Origin: an uncultured Acidobacteriota bacterium
Lineage (GTDB): Bacteria; Acidobacteriota; UBA6911
DNA length: 64,000 nucleotides
Assembly: GCA_963809485.1 (NCBI GenBank)
Contig: CAWEJX010000020.1
Span: forward strand, 1,056,001-1,120,000
Reading direction: 5' to 3'
The notes beneath the pieces were generated by a model. The model had not been told where the DNA came from. It saw only the letters and a list, made by a program, of their open reading frames with translations, and made no database searches. Shown here piece by piece: positions 10,425 through 20,159 of the stretch (position 1 is its first letter; each line of letters begins with the position of its first letter). The translations under genes were made by a program, and so were the position numbers.

Positions 10425-12065
10425 TTACTTACTTCCTTGCCTTAGCCTCTTCTGCGCGGGCTCGAATTCGTCGCCGGGGAGCCACGCCGGGATAGCGTCG
10501 GCCGCGGCTGCTTTCCGGCCTAGGACATAACCGAAGCGGGCCATTATTACATTGCCGCGAAAATCCATCTCGGGTCGGTACTCGTCAGAGGGCTGGTGGT
10601 AGTGCCGCTCGATAAACTCCCTTACTTTAGCTTCGCCCCAGGCGCTATCGTGCCCCCGGAATTTCATGCCCTGGTTGATCGTAAATGCAGGGACACCGTG
10701 GCGGCTGAAACTGAAATGGTCGGAGCGGTAGGAGTGCCCCGCTTCGGGGCGTGAATCGGGACGGATTGTCAGCTTGAACTCCCTGGCGGTTTCTTCCACG
10801 GCGGGATAGATGCTGGTGCGCTCGGCGCCGCTGACTTCCACTTCCTCCGGCACTCCCAGCGGCTGGACATTGTCGTAATTCAGGCCGAGGACCGGCTGTG
10901 AGGGAAGCTGCGCCAGGTGCCTTCCGAGGAATTCCGAACCGAGCAATCCCTGTTCTTCCGCCGTGACCGCCGCAAAAAGTATGGTCCGCTGAGGCGCAGG
11001 CCTTGTGGCAGCCCAGACGCGCGCAAGGTCCAGTAGAATCGCACAGCCTGTCGCATTGTCGGCTGCGCCGTGGTAAATATTCGCGCCGGCGGGTTTGCTG
11101 TTGTCGATGCCGAAGTGATCATAGTGCGCGCTGTAAAGGATAGCCTCGGTTTTTTTTGCCGGATGGGCGCCTTCCACCATGGCCAGAACATTGCGCGAAT
11201 AATACGGCTTAACCGAACTGGCTACGTGCGCCTTCAACCGGACCGGCAACTCGATCGGTTTGAAGTCGCGGGACTGGGAAGCCTGAAAGAGTTTATCGAG
11301 ATCAAGCCCGCTTTTTGCGGCCAGCATGCGCGCTACGTCCTGCTGAATCCACGAGGCGGCTGCAAGTTTTGGCGAGCCGTCCAGCCTCAGATATGATTTT
11401 TCGCCGCCCCAGGAATTGCGCACTACAGTCCAGGCATAGCTTGCCAGATCGGTACGGTGAATAATGAGAGTGGCGACAGCGCCGCGCCGGGCGGTCTCCT
11501 CGAACTTATATGTCCAGCGGCCGTAGTAGGTGAGTGCTTTGCCGTTAAAAAGGCCCGGATCATCCGAGACCGGTTCGTTGACAAAAAGGATCGCGGTCTT
11601 CCCTTTCAGGTCGTATCCCTTATAGTCGTCCCACCGGTATTCCGGGGCGGAAATGCCGTAGCCGACAAAGACGATCGGCGCATCGATGTCAACGGATTCG
11701 GTCTGGTTCTCGTTGGTGGTGACGTATTCGTCGAGCAACTTCAGGTCCATTGTTTCCCCGGGGCCGGTTACAAAAGCGAAAGCGGTCTCCGGCAAGGTTC
11801 TCACGGCAACCATAGGGACCTGCTGGAAATACGTGCCGTTTTCGCCCGCCCCTTTCAGGCCGTAGCTTTTGAACTGCGCGGCGATATATTCGGCAGCGAG
11901 ATCGCCGCCTTTCTGGTTCATGCCCCGCCCCTCGAGTTCATCACTGGCAAGGTATTTCACGTGTGCACGGATTGCTTCCGGATCAAATTCCGGCGCTCTG
12001 TATTTTTCGGCGAACGCCGCCGCCACAAAACCGACGATCGTTAGGACAGATAAAAGTATGCGCAT
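10425..12065 (-). CDS. secreted M28-family metallopeptidase with PA domain
   Basis: YLASDELEGRG, SAHYDHFG, GAADNATG, TAEEQGLLGS, RSDHFSF, YHQPSD; signal peptide. Confidence 0.92.
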   Translation of the reverse strand: MRILLSVLTIVGFVAAAFAEKYRAPEFDPEAIRAHVKYLASDELEGRGMNQKGGDLAAEYIAAQFKSYGLKGAGENGTYFQQVPMVAVRTLPETAFAFVTGPGETMDLKLLDEYVTTNENQTESVDIDAPIVFVGYGISAPEYRWDDYKGYDLKGKTAILFVNEPVSDDPGLFNGKALTYYGRWTYKFEETARRGAVATLIIHRTDLASYAWTVVRNSWGGEKSYLRLDGSPKLAAASWIQQDVARMLAAKSGLDLDKLFQASQSRDFKPIELPVRLKAHVASSVKPYYSRNVLAMVEGAHPAKKTEAILYSAHYDHFGIDNSKPAGANIYHGAADNATGCAILLDLARVWAATRPAPQRTILFAAVTAEEQGLLGSEFLGRHLAQLPSQPVLGLNYDNVQPLGVPEEVEVSGAERTSIYPAVEETAREFKLTIRPDSRPEAGHSYRSDHFSFSRHGVPAFTINQGMKFRGHDSAWGEAKVREFIERHYHQPSDEYRPEMDFRGNVIMARFGYVLGRKAAAADAIPAWLPGDEFEPAQKRLRQGSK

Positions 12066-12155
12066 GCCATCTCCCTGAGACGAAATAGACACAAAACTTT
12101 AGCATAAGTCCCGCTGTCCATGGACCGGATCCTTCACGAATCCTGCCAGGAGAGG

Positions 12156-12193
12156 TCAGCGTTCGTCGGCGCTTTTTCAGCGTGAGTCAGCGT
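12156..12193 (-). repeat. 4x ACGCYGA phased module
   Basis: Reverse complement acgctgactc-acgctgaaaaa-gcgccgacga-acgctga (10/11/10). Confidence 0.75.
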
Positions 12194-12257
12194 TCCAGGT
12201 TCAATAAAAGGGTGGCACCATTCATACATCGGCAATAATGGTAGTACAATCCCGTGC

Positions 12258-14195
12258 ATGAAAACCTGCTCCATCCTTTGTCTCTGTGTCCTGTGTTGTT
12301 CCTCCATCGCGATCCCCGATGACAGCGTCGGACTGATTATGCTTCAAAAGCGCATAAACCGCTTCGAAGTGGACCTGCAGGCGGCGGAGGCCATCCGCGC
12401 CGTAAAGCGCCTGCAGTACGCCTATGGGCATTATGCCGAATTCGGCTTGTGGCACGACCTGGCGGACCTGTTCGCCGAAAAGGGCATCGGGCACTATCCG
12501 GCCGGCAAACTCGGTAAAGAGGAAATACGCAAACTCTTCCTGCAGGAGGTTGGCAAGGGGAAACTCGGGCTGTCTGAGGGCGTGCTTTATCCGCATATCA
12601 TGCTTCAGCCGGTTGTGACCCTGGCGCCGGACAGAAAAACAGCCAAAGGGCGCTTTCGCGTTCTGGCGATGCTGGGCAGCTATGGAGGCGCTGCCATCTG
12701 GGCCGGCGGAGTCTACGAGAACAAATACATCCTGGAAGACGGAGTCTGGAAGATCAACGAACTGCATTATTACTCGATGTACACCGGCCGCTACGAGCAG
12801 TCCGGCTGGACAGCCGACAAAGGGACAATTCCCATCCACTACGATCCCGCGCGCGCAGGCACTCCGGTGCTGAATAAATCCATTCCGCCGCCGTCCGCTG
12901 AGCCACTACCCAGTCTGGCAGATCTAAGCAGGCGGATGACGGATCTTGCCCGGCGGGCACAAATCCTGAACGATGAAGCGGAAGTGGGGAATCTGCAGAA
13001 CATCTACGGGTATTACGTGGACCGGAAGATGTGGGACGACGCCGCGGACCTGTTCGCCGCCGACGCGACCATGGAAATGGGTTTGCAGGGTGTTTATGCC
13101 GGCAAAGCCCGCATACGGCGCGCGCTGGACCAGTTCGGGCCGCAGGGTTTGAAAGAGGGGGAGCTCAACGATCGTCTCCAGCTTCAAACCGTTGTCCACG
13201 TATCGCCGGATGGCCGCACCGCGAATGCCCGAAGTGTCGAATTAGGCATGTCGGGCGTCAATGGAGCCGGAGCGCAGTGGGGCGAGGGTGTATACGAAAA
13301 TGAATTTATAAAAGAAGACGGAATATGGAAAATCAAATCCCTGCACTTCTACCCCAGGCTGGTGACGGACTATGAAAAAGGATGGGCAAAGGATGCTCGC
13401 CCCGCGCCGGGTCCGAGCAAGGATTTTCCACCCGACCGCCCTTCGACCGAGGTGTATGAGATTTTCCCGAAGTTTTACATTCCGCCGTTTCATTTTGCCA
13501 ATCCCGTAACCGGCATGGAGACCAGGTATCCTGAGGGCATGCTCCACGCCCCTAAGCCGCGCAGCCCCATCCCGGCGGTCAATGCCGCTCCTGCGGTCCT
13601 GTCAATTGCGCGACTCCGGAAAATGGCAGTAGAAACGGAGCGACGGCTCGGCAAGGCCTTGGCTTATGATGCCGCTGAAAACCTTGCCAGCGCTTACGGC
13701 TATTACCTGGATGAATCCATGTGGGATGAGACAGCGGACCTGTTCTCCCGCGACGGCAAAAGGCGGCTGGCCTATATCAGCAAGGACAAGGGACGCGAGA
13801 ACATCCGGCAATCCATCAAGCGCCGCTACCCGGTCAGAAAACCAACAGACTATTTCACGGTCCATCAGCTCATCCAGCCGGTCATTCATGCTGCAAAGGA
13901 CGGGAAGGCGGCCAGGATGCGTGTGCGGCTGTTCCAGCTTGGGGGAGCGTCCGGCGGAAACGGCATGTGGATCGCGGGCGTCTATGAATGCAGGACAGGC
14001 CTCGAGGATGGCGTGTGGAAATTCAAGGCGATGGATCTGGACTACACATGGACAGCCGATTACAGGAGCGGTTGGGCTCGTATATCAGGCGATTCAAAAA
14101 AGATTGTTGCTGCGCCTTTCCCCAAGATTGTCGATCTGCCTTTTCATTACAGGAATCCGGTTACGGGGCGAAGGCCGCCCGTGTTTCTGAAGTAG
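12258..14195 (+). CDS. secreted protein with three tandem SnoaL/NTF2-like domains
   Basis: Three repeats LQYAYGHY/LQNIYGYY/LASAYGYY ... W..ADLF ... QPV ... GVYE ... EDG.WK; signal peptide. Confidence 0.85.
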   Translation: MKTCSILCLCVLCCSSIAIPDDSVGLIMLQKRINRFEVDLQAAEAIRAVKRLQYAYGHYAEFGLWHDLADLFAEKGIGHYPAGKLGKEEIRKLFLQEVGKGKLGLSEGVLYPHIMLQPVVTLAPDRKTAKGRFRVLAMLGSYGGAAIWAGGVYENKYILEDGVWKINELHYYSMYTGRYEQSGWTADKGTIPIHYDPARAGTPVLNKSIPPPSAEPLPSLADLSRRMTDLARRAQILNDEAEVGNLQNIYGYYVDRKMWDDAADLFAADATMEMGLQGVYAGKARIRRALDQFGPQGLKEGELNDRLQLQTVVHVSPDGRTANARSVELGMSGVNGAGAQWGEGVYENEFIKEDGIWKIKSLHFYPRLVTDYEKGWAKDARPAPGPSKDFPPDRPSTEVYEIFPKFYIPPFHFANPVTGMETRYPEGMLHAPKPRSPIPAVNAAPAVLSIARLRKMAVETERRLGKALAYDAAENLASAYGYYLDESMWDETADLFSRDGKRRLAYISKDKGRENIRQSIKRRYPVRKPTDYFTVHQLIQPVIHAAKDGKAARMRVRLFQLGGASGGNGMWIAGVYECRTGLEDGVWKFKAMDLDYTWTADYRSGWARISGDSKKIVAAPFPKIVDLPFHYRNPVTGRRPPVFLK

Positions 14196-14358
14196 AATTT
14201 CCGTGATGACTGCGCCATGGATTATCTTACATCTTAGCAATAATTTACGATGACCAGCCCGGCGCTGATTTGTTCGAATCAGCTGCCTGCCTCTATGGCA
14301 ACTGCTTGAAATAAAGCTATTTCAAATTCACGGCGGCCACCCCGACTGTGGCAGCGGT

Positions 14359-14473
14359 TGTAAAAGGATTTTACATATCGATTTGCCTGATTTTTGCATC
14401 AAATCATTGATTTATCAATAGATATAAGGATTGCTGGGCTCCGGCATCCATAAAAGTGTCGGCGCGGCTTACA
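14359..14473. promoter_or_regulatory. two TGT-N11-ACA enhancer boxes (PEP-CTERM/PrsR-type)
   Basis: TGTAAAA-GGA-TTTTACA at 14359-14375 and TGTCGGCGCGGCTTACA at 14457-14473, in an AT-rich spacer upstream of a sigma54 promoter. Confidence 0.65.
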
Positions 14474-14591
14474 CTATTCCTTTGTTTACAATCGATTAGG
14501 CCGATCTAATAATAAAAATCTAATTGGGCTAGTATAGTTTTTTCAATAACTTACCAACATCAGAGAAGTCTGAAGAGGCTTCGGTGAGCCA

Positions 14592-14608
14592 TTGGTATGA
14601 CTTTTGCT
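14592..14608 (+). promoter_or_regulatory. sigma54 (-24/-12) promoter
   Basis: TTGGTATGACTTTTGCT: GG at 14594-95, N10, GC at 14606-07; ~75 bp upstream of the PEP-CTERM gene. Confidence 0.7.
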
Positions 14609-14682
14609 TAATACTTAACAGTAGGATGACATTAAGTAAGCACTATGTCTGCAATTGATCATTTCTGTTAAAGGAGGAACTT

Positions 14683-15675
14683 ATGCAACGAACGCTTCTG
14701 ATAGCATTTGCGGCTGTGGCAGCTCTTTTTCCGGTGGCCAATACAGCCAGCGCGCAGGCTATCATCACAAACGGATCAGGAATTTACCTTGGCGTTAACC
14801 CGCTCGGTAACCTCAACGTCCTTGACGGTACCGGCGGCATTTCGCTAACCCCCACCAACGCAAGCTATATAGGTCTCTATTATTCCGGCATAGACGGTGA
14901 TGCCACTTCGCCGGGATGCCTGTGCGAGGGTTTTGGCGTGGCCGGCAATGGCGTGTCGGGTTATGCGGGCATTGAAATCGGAGGTTATGTCAACCTGAGT
15001 CAAACCTCCTTTGCCTCAACGGCATCAACCGCAACATCCATCGTGACTCTGACTTCGCTGCCCGATTTGCAGGTGACGCAGCAGTTCCAGCCATCGGATT
15101 CAACGGCCCTGATGGAGAACATTGTCACCATCACCAACCTGGGCGCCAGCACCATAACCGATGTCCGGTACAACCGCACTATGGATTGGGATATCCCGCC
15201 TACGACTTTTAATGAATATACGACAGTTCAAGGATGGCCGGCCGCCAACTTGCTATATACATCCGACGATGGTTTCGACACTCCAGATCCAATGGCTCTG
15301 CCCACTGGAATATTCGCCGCAGAGAACGTAAATTTCTACCATTCTGGACCTGGGGACCACGGGGCGTTTTTCACTTTTGCTTTTGGCGATCTCGATCCGG
15401 GCGAAAGCATTGATTTCTCGATCTTTTATGGCGCGGCGACCTCTGAATCTGCAGCCTTCGCGGCACTGGGCGCGGTCGGGGCCGAAGTATATTCCTATGG
15501 CCAGTCCAGCCTTGCCGGCGTACCCATCGGCGAACCTGTGACCTTCATTTTTGGTTTCAGTGGCGTAGGCGGAACACCGGTGCCGCCGCCAACCATTCCT
15601 GAGCCTTCGTCGATTCTGCTAATGGGTGCGGGACTGCTTGGTCTGGCATTTGCCATCCGCAGAAAAAGATCCTAA
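14683..15675 (+). CDS. PEP-CTERM sorting-domain protein
   Basis: Signal peptide; C-terminus IPEPSSILLMGAGLLGLAFAIRRKRS; AAGGAGG RBS. Confidence 0.93.
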   Translation: MQRTLLIAFAAVAALFPVANTASAQAIITNGSGIYLGVNPLGNLNVLDGTGGISLTPTNASYIGLYYSGIDGDATSPGCLCEGFGVAGNGVSGYAGIEIGGYVNLSQTSFASTASTATSIVTLTSLPDLQVTQQFQPSDSTALMENIVTITNLGASTITDVRYNRTMDWDIPPTTFNEYTTVQGWPAANLLYTSDDGFDTPDPMALPTGIFAAENVNFYHSGPGDHGAFFTFAFGDLDPGESIDFSIFYGAATSESAAFAALGAVGAEVYSYGQSSLAGVPIGEPVTFIFGFSGVGGTPVPPPTIPEPSSILLMGAGLLGLAFAIRRKRS

Positions 15676-15709
15676 CCCATCGTTGACAAAAGTATGCTTT
15701 GGATAAAAG

Positions 15710-15747
15710 ATCTCCTCTCCCGTTCCCATGGGAGAGGAGATTTTTTT
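15710..15747 (+). terminator. intrinsic terminator whose 3' arm carries the RBS of the next gene
   Basis: 12-bp stem ATCTCCTCTCCC/GGGAGAGGAGAT, 8-nt loop, T6, immediately followed by ATG at 15748. Confidence 0.7.
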
Positions 15748-17103
15748 ATGCCGCAAATGAAAGCGATCTTCAGAGCTGCATTTTCTTTGGCTTTCGTTTT
15801 GTGCTTCTCGCCGGTATCCCCATCCGACGACATTCCACTGATTCGGAACAACTCCCAATCCCAAAAACCTTCGGAAGATATCCCGCCCTCAAAGTCGAAT
15901 CCCGTGAACGCTGCCGAAGTGTCCTATAACGACGGCATTCGCAGCCTGGCAGCCGGCGACCTCGTCAGAGCCGAGCAATTGCTCAGGAAAAGCCTGGAAC
16001 TGGATCCCGGAATGGTCAACGCGATGCTGGCGCTTTCCGAGCTGGCAAAACAGCGGGGAGACTTAAACGGCGCCGGCACCTATCTTCAAAACGCCGTATC
16101 CAAAGGCGGCAAAACAGCCGAAGTTCAGCGCGCCTATGGCCGCTACCTTTACATCAAGCGCGACTTCCAGGGAGCCGAGGCTGCCCTCAGAAAAGCCACC
16201 GAGCTTGATCCGAAGTCCTACAGGGCCTTCGTGGACCTGGGAGACCTGTACCGGCAGGCTTTATACCGGCCCAGCGATGCCGTCACCGCGTACCGCAAGG
16301 CATTATCCATCGAGCCGAAGCACGCTGGAGCGCATTACGCCCTCGCGCTCGTTCTGGATCGCCTGGGTAAAGACGCCGAGGCGGAAAAGGAATTCAGGCA
16401 GGCGCTTTCGGTCCAACCGGAAAACGCCCAGGTGTGGCAGGCGCTTGCCGAGCATTATTTGCAGCGGCGGCAGTACGACAACGCAATCGAGGCCTGCAAC
16501 TCAGCCCTGAAAGCAAACCCGAAAATGCCCGCGTTTCACATGCAGCTCGGCGACATTTACGCCGCCAGGGGAGACGATGCGAAATCGTTTGCCGAATACC
16601 AGGCGGCGCTGAAACAGGATCCCAAGCTTGCGGCGGCTCAGGTTAAGATCGGGATGCTCCATCAAGGCCGGAACCGCATGGCCGAGGCCGAAAAGGCTTA
16701 CCTTGCAGCAGTAGCCGTCGATCCGAAACAGGCGGTCGCCTACAACAACCTGGCCTGGATGGCGGCCGAGCGCAAATCCCAACTGGACAAAGCGGTTCAA
16801 TGGGCGAAAAAAGCCGTCGGCATAAATCCGGCCGTCCCTCAATTTCACGTGACGCTGGGCTGGGTTTACCGGGCGCGCGGCGAGCTCGACAATGCGATCA
16901 CCGAAATCGAGAATGCTTCGCTGATCACGCCTGCCGCAGCCGAAACCTATTATTACCTCGGCCTTGTGTATTCCGAAAAAAGGATGAATGCGAAGGCGGT
17001 TTCTGCTTTCCAGAAAGCCCTTTCAATAAACAAAGGTTTCCCCTTGGCAGCCGATGCTCAGCAGCGGATCGACAAGCTGACAAAATCCAGCCGCAAGCCC
17101 TAA
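15748..17103 (+). CDS. secreted TPR-repeat protein (PrsT-like by context)
   Basis: Signal peptide then ~10 TPR units (A...LG..Y...G..A...YQ.AL..DP); AYNNLAW motif. Confidence 0.85.
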   Translation: MPQMKAIFRAAFSLAFVLCFSPVSPSDDIPLIRNNSQSQKPSEDIPPSKSNPVNAAEVSYNDGIRSLAAGDLVRAEQLLRKSLELDPGMVNAMLALSELAKQRGDLNGAGTYLQNAVSKGGKTAEVQRAYGRYLYIKRDFQGAEAALRKATELDPKSYRAFVDLGDLYRQALYRPSDAVTAYRKALSIEPKHAGAHYALALVLDRLGKDAEAEKEFRQALSVQPENAQVWQALAEHYLQRRQYDNAIEACNSALKANPKMPAFHMQLGDIYAARGDDAKSFAEYQAALKQDPKLAAAQVKIGMLHQGRNRMAEAEKAYLAAVAVDPKQAVAYNNLAWMAAERKSQLDKAVQWAKKAVGINPAVPQFHVTLGWVYRARGELDNAITEIENASLITPAAAETYYYLGLVYSEKRMNAKAVSAFQKALSINKGFPLAADAQQRIDKLTKSSRKP

Positions 17104-17159
17104 TTTGGCTTTCCTGCAAAATTTCGCGTTGATGCGCGTATCTATTTATATTCATTCAA

Positions 17160-17205
17160 GTTGCAGGTTGCAGGCACCTGTAACTGCAACCCGGAACCTG
17201 CAACC
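17160..17205. repeat. (CCTGCAA)n heptamer hairpin repeat
   Basis: gttgcaggttgcaggcacctgtaactgcaacccggaacctgcaacc; inverted relative at 19773-19822. Confidence 0.55.
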
Positions 17206-17216
17206 GCCGGGGAAAT

Positions 17217-19103
17217 CTATAATTTCCCGCCGGACGCTTCTGCTCCCGGAATCTGCCGGGGATGGGTCATGTTTTCCGGACGAAGCAGCTCATCCAGCAT
17301 GCCCTGCGTAATCCATCCTTTTTTCAGCACAAGGTCATAGACGCTTTTTCCCGTGTCCAGCGCCTCCTTTGCTATGGATACGGAACGTTCATATCCGATC
17401 ACCGGATTCAGGGCCGTCACCAGCCCGATGCTGTTTTCCACGTAGTCCCTGCATTTTTTCCGGTCTGCCTGGATGCCGCGAATGCAGCGGCTGGTCAGGA
17501 CCACGCAGGCATTCCGCAGTATCATGAAGCTCTCGAAGAGGTTCAGGGCAATGATGGGCTCCATCACATTCAGCTCCAGCTGGCCGGCTTCAGCGGCCAT
17601 GGTGATGGTCATATCGTTCCCGATGATTTCGTAACACACCTGGTTCACAACTTCGGGGATGACGGGATTCACCTTCCCGGGCATGATGGTTGATCCCGGC
17701 TGCATAGGCGGCAAGCGTATCTCCTGCAGCCCGCAGCGCGGACCCGAGGACAATAGACGCAGATCGTTGCAGATTTTGGACAGCTTTACGGCGATCCTCT
17801 TAAGCACCCCGGACATCTGGACATATGCGCCCGAATCCTGGGTTGCCTCGACCAGGTTGTAGGACTTCACCACCGGCACACCGCTGACCTCGCGGAGTTT
17901 CCGCGTAACGAGATCCGCATACCCCGGGGGGCTGTTGATCCCGGTGCCGATAGCCGTGGCGCCCAGATTGATCTCCTTCAAAAGGTCGCTCGCTTCGCGC
18001 AGCCGTTCCATGTCTTCACCCATCATCACAGCATACGCCCCGAATTCCTGCCCCAGTGTCATCGGCACCGCATCCTGCAGCTGAGTGCGGCCCATTTTAA
18101 GGACGTCGGCAAACTCCTTCTCCTTTTCCTCGAGGGCCGCCTTGAGCTCGCCCATGGCCGCCAGGATGTCCTTCAACATAAGGTTTACCGCCAGGCGTAT
18201 GGCCGTGGGGTAGGCGTCGTTGGTGGACTGGGAAAGGTTCACGTGATCGTTGGGATGAAGGTGGACGTAATCGCCCCGTTCAAAGCCAAGCAGTTCCAGG
18301 GCCCGGTTTGCTATCACTTCATTGGCATTCATGTTGGTCGAAGTGCCTGCGCCCCCCTGGATCATGTCGACCACAAATTGGTCCAGCAGCTTCCCGTCCA
18401 GCACTTCGTCACAGGCTGCCGATATTGCATCCGCCTTCGCCTTGTCCAGCACGCCCAGTTCGCAGTTGGCCAGAGCGCAAGCTTTCTTTATATATGCCAG
18501 CGCATCCACGAAGTGCTGGAAAGAGGACAGCCTGATCCCGGAAATGGGGAAGTTTTCGGTCGCTCTCAGCGTCTGGATACCGTAATAGGCGTGGGCCGGA
18601 ACTTCACGCTCCCCGAGCAAATCGTGTTCCCGGCGGGTCTTACCTTTGAGATAGGCGTTATCCTCGGTCGCGAGGCTTTCGGCCGCGTAGCGCAGCCTGT
18701 CGCTCACCGTTCGGGCGATCCGCGCCACGATGCGGTAGAACATGTCCGGGTAATCCCTCCGGGCCTGCTCGACGGCCTCGCGGGAGAGCTGTATCAATAC
18801 CACTCCCTCCCTCGTGAAGCCGCCGGCCGAGTGGGGCAGGTCGTCGAGCAGAAGGCCCTCGGACAGGATGCCCCCCTGCCGAAGCACGGCAAGGCATGTT
18901 TGCCGGCCGTGCAAACCGCGCACTATTCTGACCTCCCCCTCCTCCACCATCCCAAACCATTGCCGGGGTGTGGATTCGTGGAACAGCCACTCGGTTGGCC
19001 CGTATTCTTTCCGCTCCGCCAGGCCGGCCAGGTATTGCAGACTCCGATCATCAAACTCTGAAAACAGCGGCATCTTTTGCAGCAGCCGAACTATCTGTTC
19101 CAT
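17217..19103 (-). CDS. aspA: aspartate ammonia-lyase with N-terminal cyclic-nucleotide-binding-like domain
   Basis: YYGIQTLRATENF, QGGAGTSTNMNANEVIAN, SQSTNDAYPT, KMGRTQLQDAVPMTLGQEF, GSTIMPGKVNPVIPE; N-terminal ~150 aa cNMP-like (LQKMPLFSEF...EGEVRI); AGGAGG RBS. Confidence 0.9.
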   Translation of the reverse strand: MEQIVRLLQKMPLFSEFDDRSLQYLAGLAERKEYGPTEWLFHESTPRQWFGMVEEGEVRIVRGLHGRQTCLAVLRQGGILSEGLLLDDLPHSAGGFTREGVVLIQLSREAVEQARRDYPDMFYRIVARIARTVSDRLRYAAESLATEDNAYLKGKTRREHDLLGEREVPAHAYYGIQTLRATENFPISGIRLSSFQHFVDALAYIKKACALANCELGVLDKAKADAISAACDEVLDGKLLDQFVVDMIQGGAGTSTNMNANEVIANRALELLGFERGDYVHLHPNDHVNLSQSTNDAYPTAIRLAVNLMLKDILAAMGELKAALEEKEKEFADVLKMGRTQLQDAVPMTLGQEFGAYAVMMGEDMERLREASDLLKEINLGATAIGTGINSPPGYADLVTRKLREVSGVPVVKSYNLVEATQDSGAYVQMSGVLKRIAVKLSKICNDLRLLSSGPRCGLQEIRLPPMQPGSTIMPGKVNPVIPEVVNQVCYEIIGNDMTITMAAEAGQLELNVMEPIIALNLFESFMILRNACVVLTSRCIRGIQADRKKCRDYVENSIGLVTALNPVIGYERSVSIAKEALDTGKSVYDLVLKKGWITQGMLDELLRPENMTHPRQIPGAEASGGKL

Positions 19104-19193
19104 GAGAGCCTCCTTTGCAGCGATCACACCGGATGCGCGGACGGCGCAGAACCGCCCCCGCACAAGCACGCAAGGCCTGTGAATCCGCAGGAT

Positions 19194-19610
19194 CTATAAA
19201 TGATAATCCCCTGCAGCCTCAGGCTGATAAACCACCTCATCGATCCGCAAATGCCTGATGCCGGCGGGAACTTTCCACTCGACCGTATCTCCGGCACGAT
19301 AGCCGATCAGGGCAGTGCCTATCGGCGCAAGGATGGATATCTTTCCGCGCTCAAAATCCGCTTCGCTGGGGAACACCAGCTGAATCAGCATTTCTTTGCC
19401 GGTATCCAGATCCTTAACACGGATCTGGCTGTTCATCGTCACGACGTCTACGGGGATCTTTTTGGACGGCACAACAACTGCACGCGACAGTTCTTCCTCC
19501 AGATGTTCCAGGTAGGCCCTGTCCTTGGGATTCCAGTTATGCGTCCCCTCGAGCAGCTTCTGGAGCCGCTCCATGTCGAAATCGGTAATATGAAGTTTCC
19601 GGTTGGTCAT
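19194..19610 (-). CDS. rnk: nucleoside diphosphate kinase regulator (GreA/GreB family)
   Basis: ITDFDMERL...LEEELSRA...DVVTMNS...LVFP...ISILAPIGTALIGYRAGD...YQPEAAG. Confidence 0.92.
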   Translation of the reverse strand: MTNRKLHITDFDMERLQKLLEGTHNWNPKDRAYLEHLEEELSRAVVVPSKKIPVDVVTMNSQIRVKDLDTGKEMLIQLVFPSEADFERGKISILAPIGTALIGYRAGDTVEWKVPAGIRHLRIDEVVYQPEAAGDYHL

Positions 19611-19772
19611 CACACCCTCCTTTCAGGCCTAAACGAATGCAATCGGTTTATGGGGACGTACGCACCCAAGCCGCTATTGAGTATCAGGATGAGAACATCA
19701 GGTGGATGCCGGATGGTCCCAGCGTCCATACATCGGTCCGGCTGCCGCGATGCATCAGGGCGAATCCATTTT

Positions 19773-19822
19773 GGTTGCAGTATCAGGTTACAGGGCGCAA
19801 ATTCAATACCTGCAACCTGCAA
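19773..19822. repeat. (CCTGCAA)n heptamer hairpin repeat
   Basis: ggttgcagtatcaggttacagg...acctgcaacctgcaa. Confidence 0.5.
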
Positions 19823-20159
19823 AAAATCCGGCCTGGGGAAGCTGCCCGGTAGACTGCTCCCCGTTGATTATGATCCCGCAGGTCCCGGCGGAGGGCAATC
19901 GGGAGGACACTGGAAATTGACATCCGAGACGCTGAAAGAAGCCTCATCCGCTGGATAAAACCACCTGCTCCAAAGGATGACCTGAAGGAAGCAACCTTTG
20001 GAATTCATTGCCAATCCACCGATATCTCAGGCGAAAGACATGATCGGCGCCGAAAGGCGGGCAAGAAAGCGGTTGCAGCCGAACCGGCCTGCATGCTAAT
20101 GCTACAGGCATGAAGCCGCCGTCACCGGCTATGCTCTCAAGCGGCTTGGGAATTATCGA

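Noticed and set aside
19960-20045. Glycine-riboswitch-like fragments (ctgaaggaagcaa ... tctcaggcgaaagac)
   Set aside because: No GGAGA P1/P2 element or tandem aptamer, and the downstream gene is a kinase; resemblance is too weak.
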